Positions 26,568 to 39,720 of a DNA stretch of 64,000 nt are shown here, one piece after another; position 1 is the stretch's first letter, and the number at the start of each line of letters is the position of its first letter. This DNA is from the human T2T-CHM13v2.0 reference genome, Homo sapiens, in NCBI RefSeq assembly GCF_009914755.1, contig NC_060936.1; one strand, given 5' to 3'. The notes under the pieces are model-generated. The model was not told where the DNA came from. It did not search any database and saw only the letters and a list, made by a program, of their open reading frames with translations. The translations under genes were made by a program, and so were the position numbers.

Positions 26568-28346
26568 TGCGTCCACACAGGGGGAGGGTAGACTGGGAGT
26601 CCTGACCACGCAGGCCCTGGGGACTCAAGACCCCTGGTTACCCCCACTCATCTGTCCTCTCTTTGGTCTGGGGACAATCCCCTTGGCTGCTCTTTGCCTT
26701 CAATGAGTTTCCTGCATGACAGAGGAGGCTCAAGGGAAGAGATTGCCCAGGCACTACCACTCTGCTCACATGTTCCCCCCTTGGCAATGTGGGGCATCTT
26801 GTTTAGGGGGTTCTAGTTACATGGACTCTTTTCTGTCTCCTGGGTCCCTGCCCCCACCACTCTGGGTTCCATTTGTGGGAGGGAGGGCTCATCCACATCA
26901 TGGAGACTTGCTGGATGCCCCATGGCAATTGTCAAGGCTCTTGATGCAAGAGCCCAGGGGGCTATTGTAAAAACTTGGCCCCAGATGCTTGTCCCTTCTG
27001 GGCTGAGATTTCGCAGCCCCCTTCTCATCTCCACCCAAGAAGTGCTGGCACCGATGTTTAACTCAGGCCACCTTCTGTTCTAAAGAAAGATTGCTGGGAA
27101 GTTTCTCCGTGGCCTTAGGTTTCTGACATCCTGGATAGTGTGGGGAGGTAATGGTGCTCACAGTAGGTTAATTGGAGACACCATGTGGGGCCATTGGTGT
27201 TATGAGCCCCCCAGGCCACACTGCTTCTCAGAAATGAGCTGCTTGCCTTTCCACCTCCAGGGCATGAACCCTGCCCCTTTCTATCCATGCTGTGTCCAGG
27301 AGGTGACCTTGAGATCCTGATACCACCTTCAAGGAACCTCAGGCACCAACAGTGAGCCCACGAGGATGGTCACATGCCATGTGCAGAATTTGACTTAAGA
27401 GAGAGCCCCAGTGACACATCTCTCCATGGTGGGCTCCAGTCAGTCTTACACTGCCCTTCTGACCCCTACAAATGGGTCCTTTGCTATCCAGGTGAGACAG
27501 CAAGAGTGTTCTTAATCAGATGGAACCACACCCAAAATGGACCCCCACTACCTTCCCAGACCATATATCTCCCCTTGATCATAGTCCAACAGGGCCAGCT
27601 TCCCTTGGGGGCCCTTTAAGGAATGGGGTGAATGAAATTGTGTCATTTCTATACAAACACTGCTCTCTTGATGCTGAAATGCCAAACCGAAGGATTTCTG
27701 AGGACCTAAATCACGGAGCATCAATCTTACAAAGTGTTGGTCCAGAGTCCCATCTCTTCCCCAACCCTGGATACCAGTAGCTTCCCACCCAGTCCAAACC
27801 TGCACCATCCATCATTATGTAGATGAAAAAGCCATAGGTCATAGCCTCTTTGCTATTCTATTGGAGTAGCCTCCCTAGGCAGTCCCTCTGAAGCCTTGGA
27901 GTGCAGGTAAATGCTCATTCCCAAGTAGCAAAGAGACCATGGAGAAGGTGCGTGTAAAGAGATATATTTTTGTAAGAGGAATATGATTAATACATTCCGC
28001 CCCTTGGAACCTGGCCATGCAAAGCAAGGGCACAGGGATTAGACCTGTGGCACACTTCCCCAATTCCCTCATCTGTAGGATTTGGGCTGCCCCAGGCCCA
28101 CCCAGGGGGCTCTGAATGTATTTTGTACCGTGTTTCTTTCCCCCAGGAGAATTTTTAGTCTTCTTTCATGAAGCAGTGGAGGGGTTGGCCTCCCTTCTAC
28201 TGGGAGGTTGACTCTCTCTGGGAGACTCTTGGTCCAAGACCTGGGTCAGTTCTTTGCTGGTGGTCCCCTCTGACCACAAGCTTCTGCCTGAAGATTCCTC
28301 AGGTCAACACCATCATTAAATGCGAGTTTTGTTGATGATTCTACCA
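26568..28346 (+). other. WSCD2: WSCD2 3'UTR (end approximate)
   Basis: Largely repeat-free sequence after the stop codon, up to an ATTAAA followed by GU-rich sequence. The true end may lie further downstream. Confidence 0.6.
28315..28320 (+). terminator. Candidate polyadenylation signal ATTAAA for WSCD2
   Basis: ATTAAA followed about 25 nt later by CA and a GT-rich downstream element (tgtggtagagtgttgtgt). Confidence 0.5.
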
Positions 28347-28392
28347 TGTGGTAGAGTGTTGTGTAAGACAGGTTCACAAATGGGATGTTTTC

Positions 28393-28395
<3 letters not shown>

Positions 28396-28426
<31 letters not shown>

Positions 28427-28512
28427 AGAGAGAGAGAGAGAGACAACAGAGACAGAGAGAGGCAGAGAGGCATAGAGAGACAGAGAGAGAGACAAGAAAC
28501 AGAGATAGACAG
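28396..28512. repeat. (TG)n followed by a (GA)n/GA-rich compound microsatellite
   Basis: Directly visible. Confidence 0.9.
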
Positions 28513-29002
28513 AAAATGTTCGGGGTGGCAGGCGGGTTGGTGTATAACTGCTTTGTGCCTGTGTGACTCTGGCATAGCTGCTCAGGGAGAATTACGTGCC
28601 TCTGTGTGTAAAATTGCCTTTGTGTTCTCCTGCCTTTCTATGTTTTGAAACTGTATCCCACAAGTTGCCGGTATGACCATCTTATTTGTAATGAGTCTGT
28701 GCAGGTCCTTGTGTATGGAATTGCACCCGTGTAAAGGAGGAAATGGTCAGTGTGCATGAAATCCATGTGTGAGAAGCTGCCTGTCTATTTTGGAGGGGGG
28801 GCACATCTTCTGCATATACCTTTTGTCCTTGGCTGCTGTGACAGGGAGGGTATGTGGGGAGAAGTGGTGGGTGGGATGAGGTCACTAGAGTGTGGTGGAA
28901 GTGTTCCTACCTGAGTATGTGCACAGGTATGGAAGAGGTTATCTATGAGAGGCATCCCTTCTGTGTATGTTTGTAAGAGAGAGAGTGTGTGTATGTAAGC
29001 AA

Positions 29003-29033
<31 letters not shown>

Positions 29034-29504
29034 CAACAGAGACACAGAGACAGACCCTGAGCATCATGCTTTGCACAGCCATATGCAGCAGGGAAGTCAG
29101 TGAGAGTCCAGGAGGACAGAGAAGTCTGCTCTGTTCCCTGGTGGGTGGGGATGAGTGTTTCTAAACCTCCACATACCGCTGAAGGAAGACCCTGTGTTCT
29201 TCCTCCTCATGCATCAGAGGGGCTTCTGTGAGGCGGTGCTGATGTCCAGGGGCTGTTTCCCAGCCAAAGGGAGAGGCAAAGTGTTATATACTGCCACATG
29301 GACAGCAAGCGGGGTAGGAGCTGGGCCAGGCAGAGGAAAGAGAGAGGGGCTTCTCCTCCCCCAAGCACGGAGAGCTCAGGAGGACTGAGAGTGCTGGGGT
29401 GACTGTGGTGGGGAGGGGAGAGGAAGATCTCAGAAAGGGTGTGAGTTTGTTCCAGAATCCAGAAGAACAGGGCCTTTCTCTACGGGTTCATCTTGGCTCA
29501 CAAA

Positions 29505-30012
29505 AGTCATTCTGTGATGACTGATTGAGCTCTGATCTGGGGCCCAGGCTACACTCTGTCCCCAGTATTAAACCAAGTCTGACCTGGTCACAGACTGAGC
29601 CCAATCCTAGAGCCTTGAACCTGAGTCAAAGTTAAGCCCTGATCCTGATCACAGACTGAGCCCTAATCCTGTGCACATACTGATCCACAACCCCTCATTC
29701 CAGCCCCACATTGACTGAATCACATTGGACTGAGTCCCAAACTACTTCTACTGAGCCTTCACCCTAGTCATTGACTACACTCCAACCTGGGTCACAGACT
29801 GAGCCCTGACCTGCCCCAGAACTAATGCTGATAGTGTCTCCTGACTGAGCCCTAATCTCTGTCACGGACTGAGCTCTGATTCTGGTCACAGGGGGAGCCC
29901 CAGTCCTGGCCCTGCAGAAGTCATGATCTTGGTCACTCCAAGCCCTGAGCCTGGTCCTGCCCCTGATCTCAGATCAAGCCTTGACTTAGGTCACAGGCTG
30001 AGCCCTGAACCA
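29505..30012. repeat. Degenerate ~24-bp tandem repeat (consensus ~GGTCACAGACTGAGCCCTGATCCT)
   Basis: Recurrent cacagactgagccc / ctgagccct cores, often about 24 nt apart. Confidence 0.8.
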
Positions 30013-32051
30013 ATGTGCCAGTTTTCTTTCACTTTTCTAAATATTATCCATGCGACCAAATCCTCCCAACTGGAAGTGCAGGAAGCCATGCAGCTTCTAG
30101 CCCCAAGCTCTCACGGGTCCTTCTTAGAACTCTCAGATTATGTGCCTTATGCAACTCCCTGCTTTCCACCTGCCCCCAACCACAGATCACTGTCGGGTGG
30201 GAGGGGGTGGCGCGAAAGCCCTTTAGGCCATAGGTGGGGCTGGACAGTTTACCAGCCTCTTCTTCGGCTAATTTCTGCCCTTCCTATCACACTTCATCAG
30301 CCATCTGGAATAAGATCTTTGTATTTCAGACCCAGAAAGAACCAAGGTAGCATTCATTCATTCATTCATTCAGCACATATTTACTGAGCATCTACCATGT
30401 GCCAGGCAATGCTCTCAATTCTAGGAACTAAAAAAGTAATAAGACAGACACAAATCTATGCTCCAGCAATGTACGTTTTACCAGTACTAAGCAGGTATCT
30501 CAAAGTGATCAGAAAGCTTTCACGGAGAAGACTGTGAGTCAAAGAAGGAAAAGGACTCGAGTGGCTCCTGACAAACCCCATGAGGTTGTTACAACAGAGA
30601 TCATTAACTCCATTTTAGAGGGGGGCATCATTGCTAAGAGGCAGGCAGTGGCTGGCCCAAGCCACACAGAAACTAATAGTGTTACCCACACAACCGGTGG
30701 GTTCAATTGTTTGGCGGGTGACTACAACCAAGGAGGATTTAACAGGGGGATTTTATTATTTGTCACGAGTAAGTAGGACACTAGAGATGGTTCCCAAAGC
30801 AGTGCTTCCCTGAACAACAGTGAACACAGGGCTCGTATTGAGCTGGTGAGCTGAGCCATTGTATGCAGAGGTGGGGTCAAAGCCGCAAATGTGCAGTCAA
30901 GGATCATCCTTCCACATATGTCGCATGCATAGAAAATGGCCAATAAGTTCTTCCCTGGGATTGGGCAGGGTGTGGGGTTAGTATGGTAATGAGGAGAGTT
31001 CGCCAAAGTTCATCTCCAACTCAGGCATCTGTGGATCCAACTGGGTTTTGATTTTCCAGGGCTGAGCTTCTTCCTGGAACTTTTTCGAAACAGCAAAAAC
31101 TCAACGTGCAACAGTCACAAGTGGATACTTGTTCACAGTGCATTCCCCAAAACCCAGAAAGCCTAGGTTGCCATAGCAGAGCTGGGGCCACTGCTGTCTC
31201 CTCCAAGGGCCTAAAAGTCCTTTCCACATACAGAGAGTGACAAGGCCCTTGCACCCAAAGAAGAAGGAAAGCTTTGGATCCAAGCATTCCCCGATGTAGG
31301 GTCCATGCCTGGCCTGGAAACCAGGGCACCTGGACTCTCCTCCTGCTGCTGCCTGGGGCTCACTGTGGCTCCAGGACTCAGGAGAAAGACCAGGGCTCAG
31401 AATCTGCTGATTTGGGGGATTTCTTCTGGATTCTCCTACAACCCCAGAAGAGGCTGCACACACATCCCAGTGGAAAACGTGGGAGTGGGCAGAGGGGGAG
31501 GCAAAAAGGATGCTGGGAGCAGATCCTCAGGGACCCAGCCTCCTCCGGAGGCCCAGCACCCTTCCTTCCCCTTTCTCTCCTTCATTGTTTTGTCACCTCA
31601 TCCCTCCCCCTTTTCTCTCTCTGTTTTTCTTTACCCAGCCTCCTGTTCTCAATTCCCCTCTTTGTGGTCTCTGATTTCCTCCAGCTGCTCATTAAATCTC
31701 TTTTCTTTCCTGTCTTTCTGCCCCTCCTTCTCTTCTCTCTTCTCCTCTTCCTTCCCCCCCTTTCTCTCTCTCCCTTTCTCTCTTCCTTGATTTTTGTTTC
31801 TGCCTGTGCAAAATCTCTCCATCTCTACCTTTTGATCTCTGAGCTCTCTGCCTCTCTCTACCCCTCCCTTCCCCCACCCCTGTTGTCCTCTCCCATCTCC
31901 TCATCCTCTTCCTGAAGAGTGGGGGCGACTCAGCAGGATCCAGACATAGTGAGACAAATGCTACCCAGGCTGGTAACCAAGGAAGTGGTTTCCTTAGCAA
32001 CAGAATCTGCAGGCACGCGCTCCACTGCCCCAGCCCTTAGCTATTACAGTA

Positions 32052-32086
<35 letters not shown>

Positions 32087-34662
32087 ATGGGGGGGCGGGG
32101 GGGGGGGACAAGCCTTAAAACAGTAAAGAAACTGCTATGTGCTCCTCATGAGAGGGGACAGTGCTCAGAGACCAGATCAGTGCCTGGCACTTTGGGGGCA
32201 CTCAAAAATATGAGAAGTGTGGGGCTTTGGGGTCAGAGAGAGGCACAGAGTGTGGAGAGAGCTGGGGAAGAATCTGCAGGACACGGTGACACACTGGATG
32301 TGGGGATGGGGAGATGACAAGACAAAGAGGACCCCAAGGTTCTGGCCTGAGCAGCTCCAGGGAGGGAGCAGAGGAGCCAGGGAGAAAGGGAGAAAAGAGG
32401 TTGAGTTGGCATGGCTCCCTGTCCCCGAGAGTTCACCACCTAAGCTGGGGGTGCGGGGAGGGAAGGTATAGGGATGACAGAAATATCTCATTCAATTCTC
32501 TCTTATAAATAGGCAACGAGGAACATGGGAGAGGGAACATGTATAGTTTTAAATTGCTGAACTCTGAGCAGTTAAATGATTTGCTCAAGAGACACAAAAG
32601 TTGGTGGCAGCACTTGGATTTGAACCTGGGGACGATCCAAGGCCTGTCCAGAGGGTGGAGGGGACAGAAGAGGGCAGAAGATGCAGAGAGAGAGAGAGAG
32701 AAAGAGACAGAGGCAGAGAAAGGACAGAGAGAGAGAAAGGACAGGGAGAAAGAAGCAGAGAAAGAGAGATTTACATCATTGATCTTGCATTTCTTCCCAC
32801 TGGGAAAACAAAAATATGTTCACTTTTAGAGCAATGAGAGGAGACAAAGGCGCCCCACTGTATGATAGCTTTGGTGGTTATAAATAACTGTCCCCAAAGA
32901 AAACACCTGTCAAGACACATTCACTTCCAGAGAGACGAATTGTATCCCCAGTCCATGTTGATATTTAAATGACTCAGAGTAGATGTCAGGGGGCGGAGGG
33001 CAGAAAGTTGATCAATGTAACACAGAAACCTAGCTCAGCTTTCCCAAAAAGCAATAAAACGGGTAGGTGCGGAGAGCTGTAAATCTGGATGATAATAATA
33101 TCCGTCCTCGCAAAAGCTACATGTTTGTTTATCATGTTTGCAGGTTTACTATTGCCCCTCGAATTTACAGTCAGCAATCTGCCGGTGAACACAGGGAGGA
33201 ACACGAGAATGAGAACAAACTGGCAGAGCACTGAGGAGGAAGAAATGATAAAATATTTATCCCCTCACCCCACCCGCTCTGCCCCGGTTGCCTTAAATCC
33301 AATTTCAAACAAAGGTGGTGATTTATCCAAGCAGGGCTGGGCAGCTCTATTTCAGGCCTCTGACAGCTAATTGAAATGAGCAGTCATTACGGAATGGAAT
33401 GTGTTGCAGCAAAATGATTTTTGTGTATTCTGGAGTCATTTGCTGAACAATTATGGAGAAATGAACAGTCAGCCAGGGGTGAGACAGAGGGTATAGCACT
33501 TGATGGCGACAAGACTTTTGCGTGTCCTTTCAAAGTGGGAGACAAGAGGGAGGAAGGGAAATTCCTTTCTGAGACATAAGTTAGGTACCTAAACTGTTAC
33601 CGTAATTACCTGGGCTTCCAGAACTTGGAATGCCTAGTTATTATCCCAGACCTCCTGAATCAGATTTTCTAAAATATGGGGACAGGAAGTCCTTTTGTGT
33701 TTCCCAAAGCTTCCCAAGTACAGGCAACCCTGCAATAAGAGATGGTGCACCAGGAGGGTGGGTTACAATGATCCTGTAGACTTGCTGTGAGGCAAAGGTG
33801 TGTTTACAATGGACCTCTTGATAACTACTGGCCCCAATGTAGGCACTGCTATGACAACAGAGCACAAAGCATTGTTGATATTATCCGTGCATCCATGGCT
33901 CTTCATGCATTTTGATCTATGTATTCCTATAGTTAGCATAGTACCTGGCACATAGTAAGTGCTATGGAGATGTCTATTGATTTTCTGAATAAGTGAATCA
34001 AGGAATATTAAAGGATATTGAAATAAAAGCCACAAGCCACTTGCCAGACCAGGCCTGACCTAGTCCTTTAGCTGCCCTGAATATTACCTCTAGTAATATA
34101 GAATTGTTTTTTATTGTCCCAACCCCATCTTGGACCCCCAAAGCCAATGGTGTGGTGCAGTCCACCAGCCCAGCCCTCAACAGCCAACATATCTCTTCCC
34201 AAACTCACATTCAGTGGCATCCCATGGGTAGTTTAAAATTGGCCATGGTAGGAATATACACCATGGAAATTGGCAAATGCTACAAATCAGGTTTTTCTTT
34301 TCATTTCTTCCTTCCTTCCTTTCTTCCTTCCTTCTTTCTCTTCTCTCTTCTCCTTCTCCTTCTCCTCCTTCTGCTTCTCCTTCTTCTTCTTTTTTGGAGG
34401 TTTAAACAGTTAAGTATTTACCAGCACACCACTGCCCAAAGCACACAGGCACGTACCATGCTATTTCTTTTCTTTTCCATGTCTTCATTCATACTGTCTC
34501 CTCCACTTGAAAGCCTTTATGTGACTGATGCCTTGGCCTCCTTATAACTTCTCTCAGCCTCCTCCTCTTCCAGGCAGCTTCCCCTGACTACAGAGACCAG
34601 ATTTGATTCCTCCTCTAACCTCCCTAATCACAGCTCTGGACATAGCCATTTAGTTTAGTAAT

Positions 34663-34665
<3 letters not shown>

Positions 34666-34706
<41 letters not shown>
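34666..34706. repeat. (TG)~20 microsatellite
   Basis: Directly visible. Confidence 0.97.
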
Positions 34707-34708
<2 letters not shown>

Positions 34709-35925
34709 TTACAAGGATATGAGCTTCATTATGATGAAACAAAATCTTCATTTCTGGATTCCCATTGTGCCTCCTGGCACAGACTATATGATGTGCAAAT
34801 GTTCAGCTGATGAAAGAATGAATACATTAATTATATTTAACACCATCTACCAATCTGTTGGCCTCATAAATCTTTGAGTCAGTGGGTAGAAGGATCTGGC
34901 CTGCCCAGAGATTGGCCAAGGAGAAAGGGAAACAAGAAACTACAGTGATGATAGTAGCTAATATTTATTGAATAATAACTCTGTGCTGAGCACTATGATG
35001 GGAGCTTCACATATGTAACATCATTGAAGTATCCCTGGGGGGCAGGGATTCTTATTGCCCCTATTTTTCAGTCGGGGAAACCAAGGCTCAAAAAGGTGAA
35101 GTTATTTTCCCAAGGTCACACAGCTTGGAAATAATGGACTTTGAACCCAGGGAGTCTAGTTTCAGAGTCCATATATTTAACCACTATACTGCATCCTGGC
35201 GGGGGCCATGTGTGTCCAGAGTCAAGAAGACAGGGTGAGTCTTGCAAGGCAGCAGTGAGGGTTCTGGTAGCAAAGTGCTAGCCTTTCTGGGGCTGAGGAC
35301 CCGTGGGGTGAGGTGAGATGAAGATCAGGCCACCACAAGGGAAGCAGGCTGGGAGCTGGTGGTACAGACGCCTTTGGGTTCTTAGCTGCACAGTTGGTTT
35401 ATAGGTTCCCATGGCAACTGCCAAGCAATAATCTCTTATTCCACAGCTCAGTGGTTCCCTAGAAATTCTTTCCTCCTCGCTTCCACCACCACAGCCCCCA
35501 GCCCATGGAGGCAGGGTGGCAGTTTCTTCTCCAGGAATGACTTACACTGGAGAAGAAACCATAGCCCAAGACCCTTTTGTTACAACAATGGAGGAGGGAA
35601 ATTTGAGAGGAGGCAGAAAAAAAAGAGAAAAGGGACTTAAAATCTCAAAAGTCATATCATCCAACTGGGAAGGGGCTGGGAGAGGAAGAGGAATTCTCAG
35701 ACCCCCTTAAAAATCTAATGAAAACCATGAGTTGTTTCTCCAGAAAAATGAGTGCAAGCACATATACACATGCACGCACGCAAAGTTTTATGTATAGTTT
35801 TAAGGAACATTTGGACCCCTTGGGACCGAAATTAGGAAATTAAAAATCAACGAATCCAGTGGTTTCCAAATTAGGGCAGTGGAACCCTATCTTTAATCAA
35901 AACCAAGTGCAAAATCCTAATCTCT

Positions 35926-36150
35926 AATGGTGGTTCTCAAGCAGAAATGATTTTTCACCCCAGGGGATATTCAGCAATGTCTGGAGAAATTTTTGGTTTT
36001 CATAACCAGGGGAAGGGGGAGTTGCTGACGTCATCTAATGGGTAGAGGGCAATGATGCTGCTCAATGTACTCCAATGCACAGAACAACCCACCACAATGA
36101 AGTGTGATCTGACACAAAATGTCAACAGTGTCGACTTTGACAAGCGCTGG
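35926..36150 (+). mobile_element. MER20-like hAT element
   Basis: gtggttctcaa...gcaatgtctggaga..ttttggtt...atgctgct...aaatgtcaacagtg. Confidence 0.75.
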
Positions 36151-38169
36151 TGTAATATAATAAATAAAGGTGAGGAGTGGGGGATGGAACACCTCCAGTG
36201 TCAGACAAACCTGATTTACATTTAGACTCAGCTGTGTGACCTAGGACCAACTGTCAAATGTCAGAGAGCCTTAGTTCTGTCATCTCTAAAATGGAGGTCA
36301 TCATGGAGTTTAACTTATGGGAGTGTTGTGTTAGTCACCGTGCTATATACACAGGGGAAAAAAAAAGGCGACAGTATTATTATCTTTATTATCATCGCTA
36401 TTATTGTTAGTGTTGTCATGGAAGATTTTACAAATTAGGAAATCAGCTTGTAATAGCTCAGAGAAGTGTCTGCCATTGGCTAACTTGAGGGGTCAAGGAC
36501 ATGATTAAGCCATGAAGTGCTTTGTCAGCTGAAAACCTGGCACAACAGTGTGGTCATGAGGCTTTTTTCCTCTGTGTAGTTTATAAACTAGCCCTACAGG
36601 GTATGAACTTCTCTCAGTAATGTCAAGTGGGGAAACCTGTCATAGGGACTACCTTGAAGAAGCCAGAAAAACCCATGTGGACATGTCCAGTGTGGTGGAT
36701 TCGTGCAAAACCTCACCTTATAATTGTACAGATATATTTCCCACTTTCACCTATTCAAACTTCAATATTCATCCATGGAAAAAATCTTGATTCAAGAAAT
36801 CTAAGTATGTTGCCTGTCTTTGCTTGGGGTCCTTTGAAAGCAGAGCCTGTGGCAAGGATTTGTGTATAGGTTGTTTAATTGAGAGATGGCCCTAGGGAGC
36901 AGGAGAAGTGAGACAAGAAAGACAAAGACCAATGTGTACTGCATTATCAAGTCATGACTTTGGGTCGTGAGGGTGTGATTCCACTAGGATCTCCTAAGAA
37001 GTATATAGAGTGCCTCCCAGGATCAACTGCCAGAAGGAGTTGGGAGTATATGTTCATCAACTCTCCACTTTTACTAGTTGAGGGTTGTCCCTGGGGCTAA
37101 TAACTCCCCTTGCATGAGCCCAAGCAAGATACAACCAAAGTTCATGACACTAGAGAAGCCAAGGGCCAAAAGTAGGGTGTGTGGCATTTGCTTGAGGTGA
37201 GAAACAAAAGAGGGAGTGAATGGGAAGCCTTGCAAAATTGATCTATGCCAGCCACAACTGAAATTGGAAGTGGGCTGACAGGTGCAATTTAGAGCACCAG
37301 GTGAAATATTACAGCACATAGTACTATGGACACAAAGTTTCTGAGGTTCTTGCTGGGTTTAAGTCTCACCTCCACCAAATATGAAACTCCCTGAGTCTCA
37401 ATTTTCTCTTCTGTAAAGTAGAAGTAATGGTACCTATCTCACAGAGCTATTGGGAGAATGGAATAAGCTTGTGTTTATGAAGCACCTGAAATACAGTAGG
37501 TGGTCAGTAAGCAAGAGCTACCACCCTTATGCCTGAGGAGCAGGCCTGGTCTCAAAGCAGTTTTTATTGGGTATGGAATCTACTCCACTTTCATTAACCT
37601 GTTTGACATGATTTATGTCAGACACAGAGTAAATTCCCAGAAATGAAATTTGGTGACTCTGGGGAACCCTGAGGCCAAAGGTCAAAGGAAGGACAGATTG
37701 GCAAGAGATAAAGGGAGAAACAAATCACCGGTAGGCTCTCTGGTGTATCTTCCACTAGAAGACCACATCAGAGTCATCCCCAAGTCCTTATTAGTAGCTA
37801 ATATCCAGAGTAGGTTTCACCTGACATTGTCTCGATAGAACAGAAATAACTTTTTCTTACTTTCCAACTAAAGAAACTACCAGACCATCAGTAGAGGATC
37901 TCAAATTCACATGGCAAGAGGAGACAGATGTGTACCACAAGTGAGTTAAGTGTGAAGTAATTTCACATACTGAACACAAAAGAATACTTCTCATTTCCAC
38001 AAAGAAATATATTCTACCCCTGTAATTTTCATGAAACATGGGGTTCTCATAGCCTTTTTTCAATTCTCACTTTTGATAAAGACATATAGAGAAATGTACT
38101 TCTCTACTACAAGAAAAATATGCCGGCACAGTACTAAATGGCAGCTAACTCTATATCAAAGAACCAATA

Positions 38170-39720
38170 GGGAGTGGTGGGAACAGGATATCATCTGTTT
38201 CAGTGACATCACAGAAAAGTATAGAGTAGGGAATTAAAAGAATTAGTCTCTCCACTAAAACAACCATAAGGTGGTAAAGACTGAAAGAATAAACGTTTTG
38301 GAACTTGGGAATTTAATCCAAAACTTACAACAACCAAGGGAACGCTTAATGAAGAAAAGAGAAGCTGAATTTCACTATTTAAGGAAATCTTTGTTGGGTC
38401 ACTGTCTAACCACTGAGATGGTGGAACAGAGACTTCACTGACCACACATGACAAGGAATACAGACTTTGCGAAAATAATTTGGAAAAGTTACTAAACAAA
38501 TGAACAGTTGCAGCCTCCAACAATCAACAACAGTAAATCCTGGGAGCAGGGAAAACATGATATCCAGAGTTACCACTATATAATACTCAACACAACCAGC
38601 TTTCACAAGGCATGCAAAAGAATGGGAAAGTATGACTTAGTCAAAGGGAAAAATAAATAAATTAACAGAAATCATCCCTGAGAAAGCCCAGACGTTGGAG
38701 TAACTTGACAATAACCTTAAATAAATGGTTCCAAATATATCTGAGCAATTAAAGGAAACCATGAACAAATAACTAAAGTAAATCAGGAAAATGATGTATG
38801 AATAAAATGAGAATATCAGAAACAATATTGAAACTATAAAAAGAAACCAAATAGAAATTCTAGACCTGTAAGGTAAAATAACTGAAATCAAAACTCACTA
38901 AAGGGGTTCAGTAGCTGATTTGAGCAGGCAGAAACAAAGAATCAGTGAGCCAGAAGATGGAAAAATTAGAATGATCTGGTCTGAGGAACAGAAAGGAAAA
39001 AGAATAAAGAAAAGTGAACAGAGCCTAAGGAACATAGGACACTATCAAGAATAACAACATATGCATATAGGAGTTCCTGAGGAAGGAGAGAAAGATAAAG
39101 GGATATAAAGAATAGTTGAAAAAATAACAGTTCAACACTTCACAAATTTGAATAAATACATGAATCTATACATCCAAAAGCTCAATAAACTCTTAGTAGA
39201 ATAAACTCAAGGACATTCACTTTGAGATATATTATAATCAAATGGCCAAAAAACAAAAACAAAGAGAACCTTGCAAACAGTAAAAGAGAAGTGATTTGTC
39301 CCATACAAGGAATCCTCAATAAGATTAACAGCCAATTTCTCAACAGAAATCATGAAAGCCAGAGGGCAGTGAGACATTAAAAGCCCTGAGAGAAAAATAA
39401 AACTGCCAACAAAGAATTCTATATCCTGCAAAACTATCCTTCAAAAATAAAGGAGAAATGGAGACATTCCTAGATAAACAAAAGCTGAGGGAGTTCCTTG
39501 CTAGTAGATCTGCCCTACAACAAATGCTAAAGGGATACATTCAGGCTGAAATGAAAAAACAGTAGACAGTAACACAAGGCCATGAAGGATTAATGAACTC
39601 TGATAAAGGTAAATACATAAGTAAATATAAAATCCAGTATTGTTGTGTTTTTATATAATTTGTGACCCTACAACACAAAGGTGAGGAAGGGAGATGGTAG
39701 AGCTGTATAGGAGAATTTAC
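38170..39720 (+). mobile_element. Old L1M fragment covering a decayed ORF1
   Basis: A-rich. Contains aacatatgcatataggagttcctga (NIxIIGVPE-like) and agaattctatatcctgcaaaactatccttcaaaaat (RILYPAKLSF) ORF1 hallmarks. Confidence 0.85.

Noticed and set aside
29505-30012. Repeat array considered as CRISPR-like
   Set aside because: Eukaryotic context, degenerate tandem units, and no unique spacers.
31274-31915. 213-aa hydrophobic ORF that looks membrane-like
   Set aside because: The Leu/Ser/Phe/Pro bias comes from a CT-rich low-complexity tract. The same applies to ORFs at 14645-15174 and 55873-56214.
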